From: Bacteroidota bacterium
Lineage (GTDB): Bacteria; Bacteroidota; Rhodothermia; Rhodothermales; JANQRZ01
DNA length: 64,000 nucleotides
Direction of reading: 5' to 3'
NCBI GenBank assembly: GCA_038746285.1
Contig: JBCDKT010000011.1
Location: forward strand, 19,431-83,430
Notes under the pieces: model-generated
Seen by the model: only the letters and a program-made list of their open reading frames with translations
Databases searched by the model: none
Told to the model about the DNA's origin: nothing
Program-made: the position numbers and the translations under genes
In this document: piece after piece, positions 28,974 to 37,254 of the stretch
Layout of the letters: each line of letters opens with the position of its first letter
How positions within the stretch are numbered: the stretch's first letter is position 1

Positions 28974-30356
28974 TCACGTCCCAAACTCTGCGGTCAGCGC
29001 GTCGATTTCGTTGTGGAAGGCCGCGACGAGGGCCTCGGGGTCGGGGGCCATCTTGGCGTCGGTGGCGATGCCGAGCATGACGGTGCCGGCGTAGCTCATC
29101 ACGCTCACGCCGAGGCCGATGTCGCCCGCGCGCGGGACCCAGAACATGATTCGGCGGATCTCGTTGCCGTAGAAGTGCAGGCACTCGCGCGGCCCCGGCA
29201 CGTTCGTCACGACAGCTGAGACTTTCGACGAGAGGACCTCGACTACCTGTTCGTGCAGCAGCGCCGGGCCGGCCCCGATCGTCTGCAGGATGCCATAGGC
29301 GACGGCGGGCTCGGCGGAGCTTTTGATGATGTCCATCTGCCGCTTGATCTCCATCAGGCGCTCCCGGGCCCCTGCGATGCCGACCGGGAGCGAGAGGAAG
29401 ACGAGTCCGAAGACGTTGCCGAGGTCGAACGCCCGCTCGTAGGGGCGAAGGTTGACCGGGATTGCCGAGCGGATCTCGACCCCTGCCGTCGGCTCGCCGT
29501 GCCCGGCGAGGTAGCGCCGGAGCGCACCCGTGACGGCCGCCATCAGCACATCGTTCAGCTTGCCGCCCGCGCCGTGCGCAATCGCCTTCACGGCGCCGAG
29601 CGGGAGCGGAACCGACCAGGCGACGCGCTTGACGACGGTCGCCGGAGCCTTGAAGCGCGTGTCCGAGTCCGACGACATGAGCGCGATCTTGCTCGCCGCC
29701 GCTCCCATGCTCATGCCTTGCCGCGCCCACTCCAGCGCTTTGCCCGGACGCTGCACCGCGCCGAGTCCGGTCGTGATGGCACCCGCCGCAGCCCTGCCGA
29801 GCCCGTCGATGGCAGTCCCGGCCCGGCGGAAGAGGCGGCCCGTCAGGCTCTCCCCGGTGCGGTCTCGCCCGTAGGCCGGCGTCGCCCGCGCCGGGTCGAA
29901 CATCTCGTCCGCCATCGCGAGGAGTACGTGGATCAGCGCGATGCCGTCGCCGATGGAGTGGTGCAGCCGGCCGATGAGGGCGCTTCCCCCGTCGAACGAC
30001 TCGACGAGGTGGAACTGCCACGGCGATTTCGAGAAGTCGAGTGGGGTGCTCATCAGCTCGCTCACCAGCTCTTCGAGCGAGGTCTTGCTGTTCGGCTCGG
30101 CGAGGCCCGCCCGGTGGACGTGGGCGTCGATGTCGAAGTGGGGATCGGTCTCCCACATCGCGGTCGGACCTTTGTAGACTACCCGCTGCCGGAAGCGCTC
30201 GAAGATCAGCAGCCGCTCCTCGACGAGTCGCTTCAGGTCCTCCAGCTTCATCGGCTCCTCGAAGCCAATGATGCCGACGATCGTCATCGGGTTGACGGGA
30301 GACTCCATGCGGAGCCAGGCCACGTCGGCGGCGCCGAGTTTCTGCCTGCGTGCCAT
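28974..30356 (-). CDS. Wax ester synthase / diacylglycerol acyltransferase (WS/DGAT)
   Basis: Catalytic HHSIGDG (HHxxxDG), an N-terminal WLRMESPVNPM motif, and 460 aa. The 853-aa ORF 27943..30504 in another minus-strand frame is spurious. Confidence 0.9.
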   Translation of the reverse strand: MARRQKLGAADVAWLRMESPVNPMTIVGIIGFEEPMKLEDLKRLVEERLLIFERFRQRVVYKGPTAMWETDPHFDIDAHVHRAGLAEPNSKTSLEELVSELMSTPLDFSKSPWQFHLVESFDGGSALIGRLHHSIGDGIALIHVLLAMADEMFDPARATPAYGRDRTGESLTGRLFRRAGTAIDGLGRAAAGAITTGLGAVQRPGKALEWARQGMSMGAAASKIALMSSDSDTRFKAPATVVKRVAWSVPLPLGAVKAIAHGAGGKLNDVLMAAVTGALRRYLAGHGEPTAGVEIRSAIPVNLRPYERAFDLGNVFGLVFLSLPVGIAGARERLMEIKRQMDIIKSSAEPAVAYGILQTIGAGPALLHEQVVEVLSSKVSAVVTNVPGPRECLHFYGNEIRRIMFWVPRAGDIGLGVSVMSYAGTVMLGIATDAKMAPDPEALVAAFHNEIDALTAEFGT

Positions 30357-30516
30357 GCGGAAATGGGTGAGGGGGAGAGGGGCCGGGGTGGAATCTAACG
30401 CGCCGGGCGCTGCCGAAGCAGAGACGGTGTGCCACGACGTAGTATTCTGTTATTGCATTGTAAACAATGCGAGGCGTGGAAGCCGCAGCGCAACGTGTAC
30501 GCACGTCAACTGTTAT

Positions 30517-30722
30517 TGTGGATAAGTAGGGCTTGGATTTCAGCCCACCGCTTACTATTTTTGCAGCACCTCATGCCGCCTGAGACGGAGTGTCTGCACG
30601 GCGACACCCCGCAGTCGCGCCACTGGGAAGCCCGACCCTCGCGGTTGGGCTTTTCGGCCTCACGCCGCCGGGCACGCAGACACTGAGGAGTGTGGATAAT
30701 CCTACCGATAAGTTGTGCATAA
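30517..30722 (-). promoter_or_regulatory. Cluster of three same-orientation DnaA boxes
   Basis: Plus strand has TGTGGATAA at 30517-30525 and 30691-30699 (both perfect complements of TTATCCACA). TGTGCATAA at 30714-30722 matches TTATNCACA. Confidence 0.5.
30566..30654 (+). ncRNA. Candidate small transcript or leader (~90 nt)
   Basis: Possible promoter TTGGAT (30533-38)-N17-TATTTT (30556-61). The hairpin AAGCCCGACC-CTCGC-GGTTGGGCTT (30628-30652) runs into TTTT. This is weak evidence: the U-tract is short and I have no homology. Confidence 0.2.
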
Positions 30723-30739
30723 CTAGACCTCGTCGGCGC

Positions 30740-30767
30740 TTGACTTCGCGACTCCTGCGCGTTTAAT
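30740..30767 (+). promoter_or_regulatory. Sigma70-type promoter TTGACT-N16-TTTAAT
   Basis: TTGACT at 30740-45, a 16-nt spacer, then TTTAAT at 30762-67. The predicted TSS is near 30774. Confidence 0.45.
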
Positions 30768-30773
30768 TGGGCT

Positions 30774-31501
30774 CAGTGCCTTCGGGCACGCGCCGCCCCT
30801 GCGAAGCTCGCTTCGGGCGCGGCGGCTGCCTTCGGAGTTCGCTCCGGGCAGTGACGTTCCTTGACGCGACTGAAGTTCTCCAGGCTGCATGAGGTCGCCG
30901 GTATGGTTCCGGCGAGGACGCGGTCTCTGCACGACGCCCAGCGTGTCCCGCCTTCGCGGCGAGGCTACCCCTCGGGGTAAGCAGGCAGACGCAGAGCACC
31001 AGGTAAGCCCAACGCTCCCGAGTAGACCGGTCCGGCCGGGCAAAAAGGAACGGTGGCAGAGGCCTCGCCCGCGCAGCAGGTCCGCAACGCGACTCCGGTC
31101 GTGTGTGACTCCGGTCACAGCGCGGGCCGCGCGCAGCCATCCCGGAGAAAATGTGTCTGGGCGGCTGCCGCATGCGCACTGTGCCTCAGTACAGTGCACG
31201 CGTACGGCAACATCACGATGCGATTCTATCGTACTGCGTTGTGCGCCGCAGCACGCGGACCACGTTTGCCGGGATGCTCTGCATCCCACTAAACAGGTGG
31301 CCCGTGCAAGAGCCAGCCTGTTCTTTGTACGGTGCCGGCTTGGGTGGAGGTCTGACGACCAGAACCCCAGGCCAGTCCGTTCCGGCGCAGGTCGGTTTCC
31401 GGCCGCGCGCCGGAGGAAGCCTTCGGGCTGACGAAAGAAGGGCTGTCGCGTCAGGAACTACTTTTAGCGGGTCGGTGCCTCGGGTGCCGACCCGCTTTTT
31501 T
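30774..31501 (+). ncRNA. Candidate large (~730 nt) structured non-coding RNA, unclassified
   Basis: There is no credible ORF in any frame. Plus-strand hairpins: GTGCC-UUCG-GGCAC (30776-89), CGAAG-CUCG-CUUCG (30802-15), CUGCC..CGGAG-UUCG-CUCCG..GGCAG (30826-51), UCGCCGG-N7-CCGGCGA (30895-915), UACCC-CUCG-GGGUA (30966-79), CGAC-UCCG-GUCG and GUGAC-UCCG-GUCAC (31090-118), GCACUGU-N8-ACAGUGC (31176-97), GGGAUGC-UCU-GCAUCCC (31271-87) and AGCC-UUCG-GGCU (31418-29). A strong terminator closes the unit. Confidence 0.5.
31466..31501 (+). terminator. Rho-independent terminator
   Basis: AGCGGGTCGG...CCGACCCGCT forms a 10-bp GC-rich stem followed by TTTTTT (31496-31501). The orientation is plus-strand specific. 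Confidence 0.8.
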
Positions 31502-31560
31502 GTGGGCACGCGCGCCCCGCCCGCGCCGCGCCCGCCCCGCCCGGGCGCGTATCTTTCGGC

Positions 31561-32409
31561 ATGGACGAAGCCCCCGCTCCGCAGCCGCCGCCTCAGACGC
31601 GCACGCCCGGCCCGATGCTGCGCCAGCGGCGGCGCGTGATCCGGGGTGTCCCGCCGGTAGCCGTGCCGAGCTTCTTCACGCTGATGAACCTGCTCAGCGG
31701 GTTCTTCTCGCTCATCCAGACCTCGGCCGGCAACCTGGAAGCGGCGGCGTGGCTCGTCGTCCTCGCCGCGTTCTTCGACCTGCTCGACGGGCTCATGGCC
31801 CGCCTCGCGCGCGTCTCCTCGGACTTCGGCCTCGAGCTCGACTCGCTCAGCGACGTGGTCTCGTTCGGCGTGGCCCCGTCGTTCCTGCTCTACGAGTTCG
31901 GCCTCGACCAGCTCGGGCCGCTGTGGGGGGCCATTCTGGCGAGCCTGCCGGCGCTCTTCGGAGCCGTCCGCCTCGCCCGGTTCAACACCCTCGCCGACCC
32001 CGAGGAGAAGCAGGGCTACTTCACCGGGCTCCCGATCCCGGCGCAGGCCGGGACGGTCGTCGTGTTCATCCTCACCTTCGCCGACTCGTCGTGGTTCGAC
32101 GTGCTGGAGCGCCGGCAGATCTCGGTCCTCATCACGCTCGTGCTCGCGCTCTCGGCGCTCATGGTCTCGCCCGTCCGCTTCCCGGCGCTGCCCCAGCCCA
32201 ACCGGTCCAACCTTCGGGCATACCCGTACCGGTTCTTGGCGTTTGGCGTCGGCCTGGTGCTGACGCTCGTCGGCGAGGTCGTATTCCGTGCCGGCGAGGT
32301 CGGCCTTCTCATCTCGGCCGTCGTGTATCTTGCCCTCGGGATCGGCGGCGCGATTCGCTGGGCGATCAGCGCCGCTTCCGAGCCCGACGACGCTTCTCCT
32401 GACCGCTGA
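31561..32409 (+). CDS. pssA: CDP-diacylglycerol--serine O-phosphatidyltransferase
   Basis: FFTLMNLLSGFFSL...AAFFDLLDGLMARL...FGLELDSLSDVVSFGVAP is the CDP-alcohol phosphatidyltransferase motif (D-G-x2-A-R...D-x3-D). The exact start is uncertain. Confidence 0.85.
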   Translation: MDEAPAPQPPPQTRTPGPMLRQRRRVIRGVPPVAVPSFFTLMNLLSGFFSLIQTSAGNLEAAAWLVVLAAFFDLLDGLMARLARVSSDFGLELDSLSDVVSFGVAPSFLLYEFGLDQLGPLWGAILASLPALFGAVRLARFNTLADPEEKQGYFTGLPIPAQAGTVVVFILTFADSSWFDVLERRQISVLITLVLALSALMVSPVRFPALPQPNRSNLRAYPYRFLAFGVGLVLTLVGEVVFRAGEVGLLISAVVYLALGIGGAIRWAISAASEPDDASPDR

Positions 32410-32414
32410 CTGCC

Positions 32415-32678
32415 GTGTTCAAAGCCACCGTTCGCATCACGCTCCGTCCGTCGATCCTGGACCCGCAGGGCAAGGCCGTCCGCCAGGCCTTGCACAGCCT
32501 CGGCTATGCCGGGATCGAAGGCGTGCGCACCGGCAAACTCGTCGAGCTTCACATCGACGCCGAGGACCGGGGCGAGGCCGAGCGCATCGCCCGCGAGGCG
32601 GCCGAGAAGCTCCTCGCCAATCCGGTGATGGAGGACTTCGCGGTCGAGGTCAGCGAGGTCGAGGCCGCCTCGGCGTGA
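32415..32678 (+). CDS. purS: Phosphoribosylformylglycinamidine synthase subunit PurS
   Basis: 87 aa: MFKATVRITLRPSILDPQGKAVRQALHSLGY...V...GK..EL.I is typical of PurS. Confidence 0.88.
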   Translation: MFKATVRITLRPSILDPQGKAVRQALHSLGYAGIEGVRTGKLVELHIDAEDRGEAERIAREAAEKLLANPVMEDFAVEVSEVEAASA

Positions 32679-33004
32679 TGAGGGTGTGGCCTCGCCTCGG
32701 TCCCGCCGCACCGCCTGCCCGTCCGGCCGCGCCCGACGTGGACGTGGCGGCCGAGGACGAGACCGAGGAGCGCATCGCGTCGCCGTGGCGGGTGATCCTC
32801 TACAACGACGAGATCCACACCTTCGACGAGGTCATCCGGCAGGTTATCAAGGCGACGGGGTGCTCTGCGGAGCAGGCCGAGCGCCACGCGTGGACCGTCC
32901 ACACCGAAGGCAAGGACCGCGTCTTTGAGGGCGAGTTCGAGGACTGCTTCCGCGTGCAGGGCATCCTCCGCGAGATCCAGCTCGTGACGGAGATCGAAGG
33001 ATGA
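32678..33004 (+). CDS. clpS: ATP-dependent Clp protease adaptor ClpS
   Basis: WRVILYNDEIHTFDEVIRQVIKATGCSAEQAERHAWTVHTEGKDRVFEGEFEDC. The ATG overlaps the purS stop (TGATG). The upstream part of ORF 32288..33004 is out-of-gene. Confidence 0.85.
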   Translation: MRVWPRLGPAAPPARPAAPDVDVAAEDETEERIASPWRVILYNDEIHTFDEVIRQVIKATGCSAEQAERHAWTVHTEGKDRVFEGEFEDCFRVQGILREIQLVTEIEG

Positions 33005-33090
33005 GCCGGGCGACGAACCGGGAACGACGAGCGTCGAACGGTTGCCCGCGGCATACATGCGCCACCCGTAGCTCATAGCTCGTCGCTCCA

Positions 33091-33708
33091 ATGTCCGATA
33101 CCTACCGCACGGTCGCACGTTCCGCCCGCGCCGAGCCGCCGAAGACGAAGGGCTCCCGGTTTATCGGCGATGCGTTCCCGGCGGCGACCGAAGCCGAAGC
33201 TGAGGCGCACCTCGCGGCCGTCCGAAAGCGCGAGCACGCGGCCACCCACTGGTGCTGGGCGTGGCGCATCGGGACCGGAGGCGACGCCTTCCGCTACAGC
33301 GACGACGGCGAGCCGAGCGGCAGCGCCGGGGCCCCGATCCTCCGGCAGATCGACGCCCGCGACCTCACCAACACGGTCGTCGTCGTGACTCGGTACTACG
33401 GCGGGACGAAACTTGGCACCGGCGGCCTCGTCCGCGCCTACGGCGAGGCAGCATCCGAGGCGCTTGGCGCAGCGCGCATCGTGGAGCACGTCGTCCGCGT
33501 CCCGGTCCGGCTCCGGTTCGCCTACGACGACACGGCACCTGCGATGCACACCGTCAGCCGCTTCGACGCCGAGATCACCGAGCAGCACTACTCGGACGAG
33601 ACCGAACTCGTCGTCCACGTCCGCCGCTCCGAAGCCGAGGCGCTCCAGGCTGCGTTCGTCGATGCCCTCGGCGGTCGCGGAACGGCTGAGCGCATAGGAG
33701 AGGCGTGA
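33091..33708 (+). CDS. IMPACT/YigZ family protein (UPF0029)
   Basis: KGSRFIGDAFP....EAEAHLAAVRKREHAATHWCWAWRIG.....RYSDDGEPSGSAGAPIL...VVVVTRYYGGTKLGTGGLVRAY. Confidence 0.8.
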   Translation: MSDTYRTVARSARAEPPKTKGSRFIGDAFPAATEAEAEAHLAAVRKREHAATHWCWAWRIGTGGDAFRYSDDGEPSGSAGAPILRQIDARDLTNTVVVVTRYYGGTKLGTGGLVRAYGEAASEALGAARIVEHVVRVPVRLRFAYDDTAPAMHTVSRFDAEITEQHYSDETELVVHVRRSEAEALQAAFVDALGGRGTAERIGEA

Positions 33709-33782
33709 AGGGCGAGCGCTGACTCCACCTGCGGCTTTGGGGACGCCGGGCGTATCCTCCTGACAGACCAAACCGGATCAGC

Positions 33783-34898
<1,116 letters not shown>

Positions 34899-35189
34899 GC
34901 TGCTAATGAGGATTATTTCCTCACTCTCATGTCATGCCCGCGCAGGCATCCATCAGGCGGCGCTTCACGCAGGGGGTGCATGGGTCCCCGCCGGAGCCTG
35001 TCCTGAGCGCAGTCGAACGGGCGGGGACGACCTCATCTAGGTAAGACACTATCCTGAAGAACTGGTGTTATCTGCTTTCTGTCCCACTACGTCTGTTATT
35101 GCATTTTAGGCAAACATAGTTGTGTCTCGCCTGTGAGGATCAGCGGCAGGAGAGCGGGGTATGCTCCACCGAATCCACCCGATACCGCC

Positions 35190-36104
35190 ATGCTGCCTCG
35201 CCTCTCGCTCTTCGCCCTCGCACTCTCCCTCGCCGCGTGCTCGTCGCCGGAGCCGCCTGACGGCGTGCCCGTCCTCGCCGCCGCCGCACCAGCCGCCGTC
35301 ACCCCGCCCGACGAGTTCGGCGACTACTGGTACCAGGGCCTCGCCGAGATCACGAGCTACGACCTGGAGCAGGCCCGCTACGGCGAGCTTCACCCCGGCG
35401 AGGCCGTGCTGATCTACGTCACCGAGCCGTTCCTCGAAGACGAGCAGGTCAAAGCGGACGACCCGAACGCCGACGGCGCGGCGACCGTCCTCAAGCTGAA
35501 CGCGACGCGGACCTTCAACACCGGCCTCTACCCGTACTCGATGATGACCTCGGTCTTCGCGCCCGTCGAGGGCGGTCCGGCGCTCAAGGTCACGACCTCG
35601 TCGCAGGAGTGGTGCGGCCAGACGTTTACCCAACTCAACCGCCGCGACGCGGGGATCCACCTCCAGTTCTACTCCTACTTCGAGGGCGAGGGCGACCAGG
35701 ACCGGATGCTCTCCGACGTGCTCCTCGAAGACGACCTCTGGACCCAGCTTCGCCTGGGCCCCGACGCGCTCCCGACCGGCGACCTGACGCTCGTCCCCGG
35801 CACCGTCCACCAGCGCTTCAGCCACCGCGACCTCGCCCCCGAGTCGGCAACGGCCACACTCGCCGACGGCGACGGCGGGACGCGGACCTACATACTGACC
35901 TACCCCGACCTCGGCCGGACGCTTGCTATCACCTTCAGCGCGGCGTTCCCGCACACGGTCGAGACCTGGACCGAGACGGACCGTGCCGGCAGTCAGACGC
36001 TCACGACGACCGCCACCCGGAAGGCGCGCGAGATGCTACCGTACTGGTCGATGAACAGCCGCGCCGACGCGCCGCGCCGCGAAGCGCTGCGGCTTAACGG
36101 ATGA
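35190..36104 (+). CDS. Hypothetical lipoprotein
   Basis: Lipobox MLPRLSLFALALSLAAC. It has coding-like composition and I do not recognise the family. Confidence 0.6.
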   Translation: MLPRLSLFALALSLAACSSPEPPDGVPVLAAAAPAAVTPPDEFGDYWYQGLAEITSYDLEQARYGELHPGEAVLIYVTEPFLEDEQVKADDPNADGAATVLKLNATRTFNTGLYPYSMMTSVFAPVEGGPALKVTTSSQEWCGQTFTQLNRRDAGIHLQFYSYFEGEGDQDRMLSDVLLEDDLWTQLRLGPDALPTGDLTLVPGTVHQRFSHRDLAPESATATLADGDGGTRTYILTYPDLGRTLAITFSAAFPHTVETWTETDRAGSQTLTTTATRKAREMLPYWSMNSRADAPRREALRLNG

Positions 36105-36246
36105 ACAGGTTGCGTCTCAACCGCCCCGGGCTGAGGGCTGGCGGGTAGTACGAAGCGCGGGATACGCCGAGGGCTAGCCGAGAACGCCCGCGCCTTGTGT
36201 TAACCTGCAGCGGCGGTTGGGACGTCTGTTGCGACGGTGCATTCCC

Positions 36247-37245
36247 CTAACTGTAACCAGGAATGCGACGGTAGGTATTTGCCCGTTCGATGATTGTGAT
36301 GGAAGGCCAAAGATCCTGATCCGCAGGGAGGTGTATGCGCGAATCAAGCGATGCTGTCAGGTCTGCAAGGCCGTCAGAAAGACCGAGCGTTCGTAGTCGG
36401 TCGGCTTTCTCGTTGTTCAGACGAACGAAACGGTCGGGGTCCAGAAAAATCAGCCCATGATCGAAGGCTCGGTGCATTGTAGGCGACAGAGTGATACCGT
36501 TTGTGGTCACGTCTGTCGAACCCTCTACGGCCACCGGGAGAATATGCGCCGCGTCTACTAACCGGAGCTGTGCTCGCGTGACAGCACAACGGTGGCCGTA
36601 GGCGTCCAATACTTTGCGACGGAAGTTTGCAGCGCGACTGAGACGGCTTACTTCCGTTACCACGCGCTTCCTCTCAGGTGGCAGCGTGTTGGCTTCCGCT
36701 TCAACGTCCTCCGATGCCGCTGCGCGTTGGACTAGAGGCAGCACTTCGGCGCTCCCGGTGTGGAGGAGTAGCGCGTTCAGGACGTATTCCAAGAACTGGT
36801 CGGGGCGAATGCCTATCGCAACTTCCTGATTGTCCTTCGTTGTGAAATCCAACCCGTTCTGCAGAGCAGCCTGCAAAGCGCTGAGGTCGATCTGAACCGA
36901 TGACGAGCCGGGCGTGAACGTTTGGTGCTGCGCTATGTCGAAGCCGCCGAAGATTCCGAGGCTGGGTTCGTATCCCACGAGGACTGTGTACCCGCTTAGA
37001 TTGAGCGCCAAAGGCGAGTTCACCGTCGTCATTTGGATGCGATACTCACCGGGTAGGCTCGCGCGCCCGCCGTGGGTGAGCGTCCAGATGTAAACCCACA
37101 ACGTGAAACTCTGGTCGAGGTACTGGACGCCGAACTTCCGCGGATGCGCTCGGACGCTATCCGAAAGATAGACGCCTGATCCGCCCGATTGCTGGACGGC
37201 GTCAAGCACCGCATCTACAAGCTGGGTAGGGGAGGCGGCTGGCAT
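36247..37245 (-). CDS. HNH-type restriction endonuclease (type II R subunit candidate)
   Basis: The C-terminal half has FRRKVLDAYGHRCAVT....LVDAAHILP......D...NGITLSPTMHRAFDHGLI, the HNH_2-type motif seen in restriction enzymes. It sits 9 nt downstream of the methyltransferase on the same strand and has lower GC. Confidence 0.7.
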   Translation of the reverse strand: MPAASPTQLVDAVLDAVQQSGGSGVYLSDSVRAHPRKFGVQYLDQSFTLWVYIWTLTHGGRASLPGEYRIQMTTVNSPLALNLSGYTVLVGYEPSLGIFGGFDIAQHQTFTPGSSSVQIDLSALQAALQNGLDFTTKDNQEVAIGIRPDQFLEYVLNALLLHTGSAEVLPLVQRAAASEDVEAEANTLPPERKRVVTEVSRLSRAANFRRKVLDAYGHRCAVTRAQLRLVDAAHILPVAVEGSTDVTTNGITLSPTMHRAFDHGLIFLDPDRFVRLNNEKADRLRTLGLSDGLADLTASLDSRIHLPADQDLWPSITIIERANTYRRIPGYS

Positions 37246-37254
37246 AGATCGACT

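Noticed and set aside
30429-30686. 85-aa ORF, and the shorter MPPETECLHGDTPQSRHWEARPSRLGF... peptide, as a small protein gene in the DnaA-box region.
   Set aside because: Its composition is Arg/Ser-rich. It runs through a hairpin and U-tract and across a DnaA box, and has no RBS-like sequence. Non-coding is more parsimonious.
30500-31501. Identification of the ORF-free structured region as RNase P RNA, tmRNA or a group II intron remnant.
   Set aside because: There is no GAGGAAAGUCC / ACAGAACC P4 pair. There is no GGGGCUGA 5' end, no tRNA-like T-arm + CCA 3' end and no ANDENYALAA-type tag ORF. There is no convincing domain V (only a partial GCACGCGTACGG resemblance with no pairing 5' half), and no intron-encoded protein gene.
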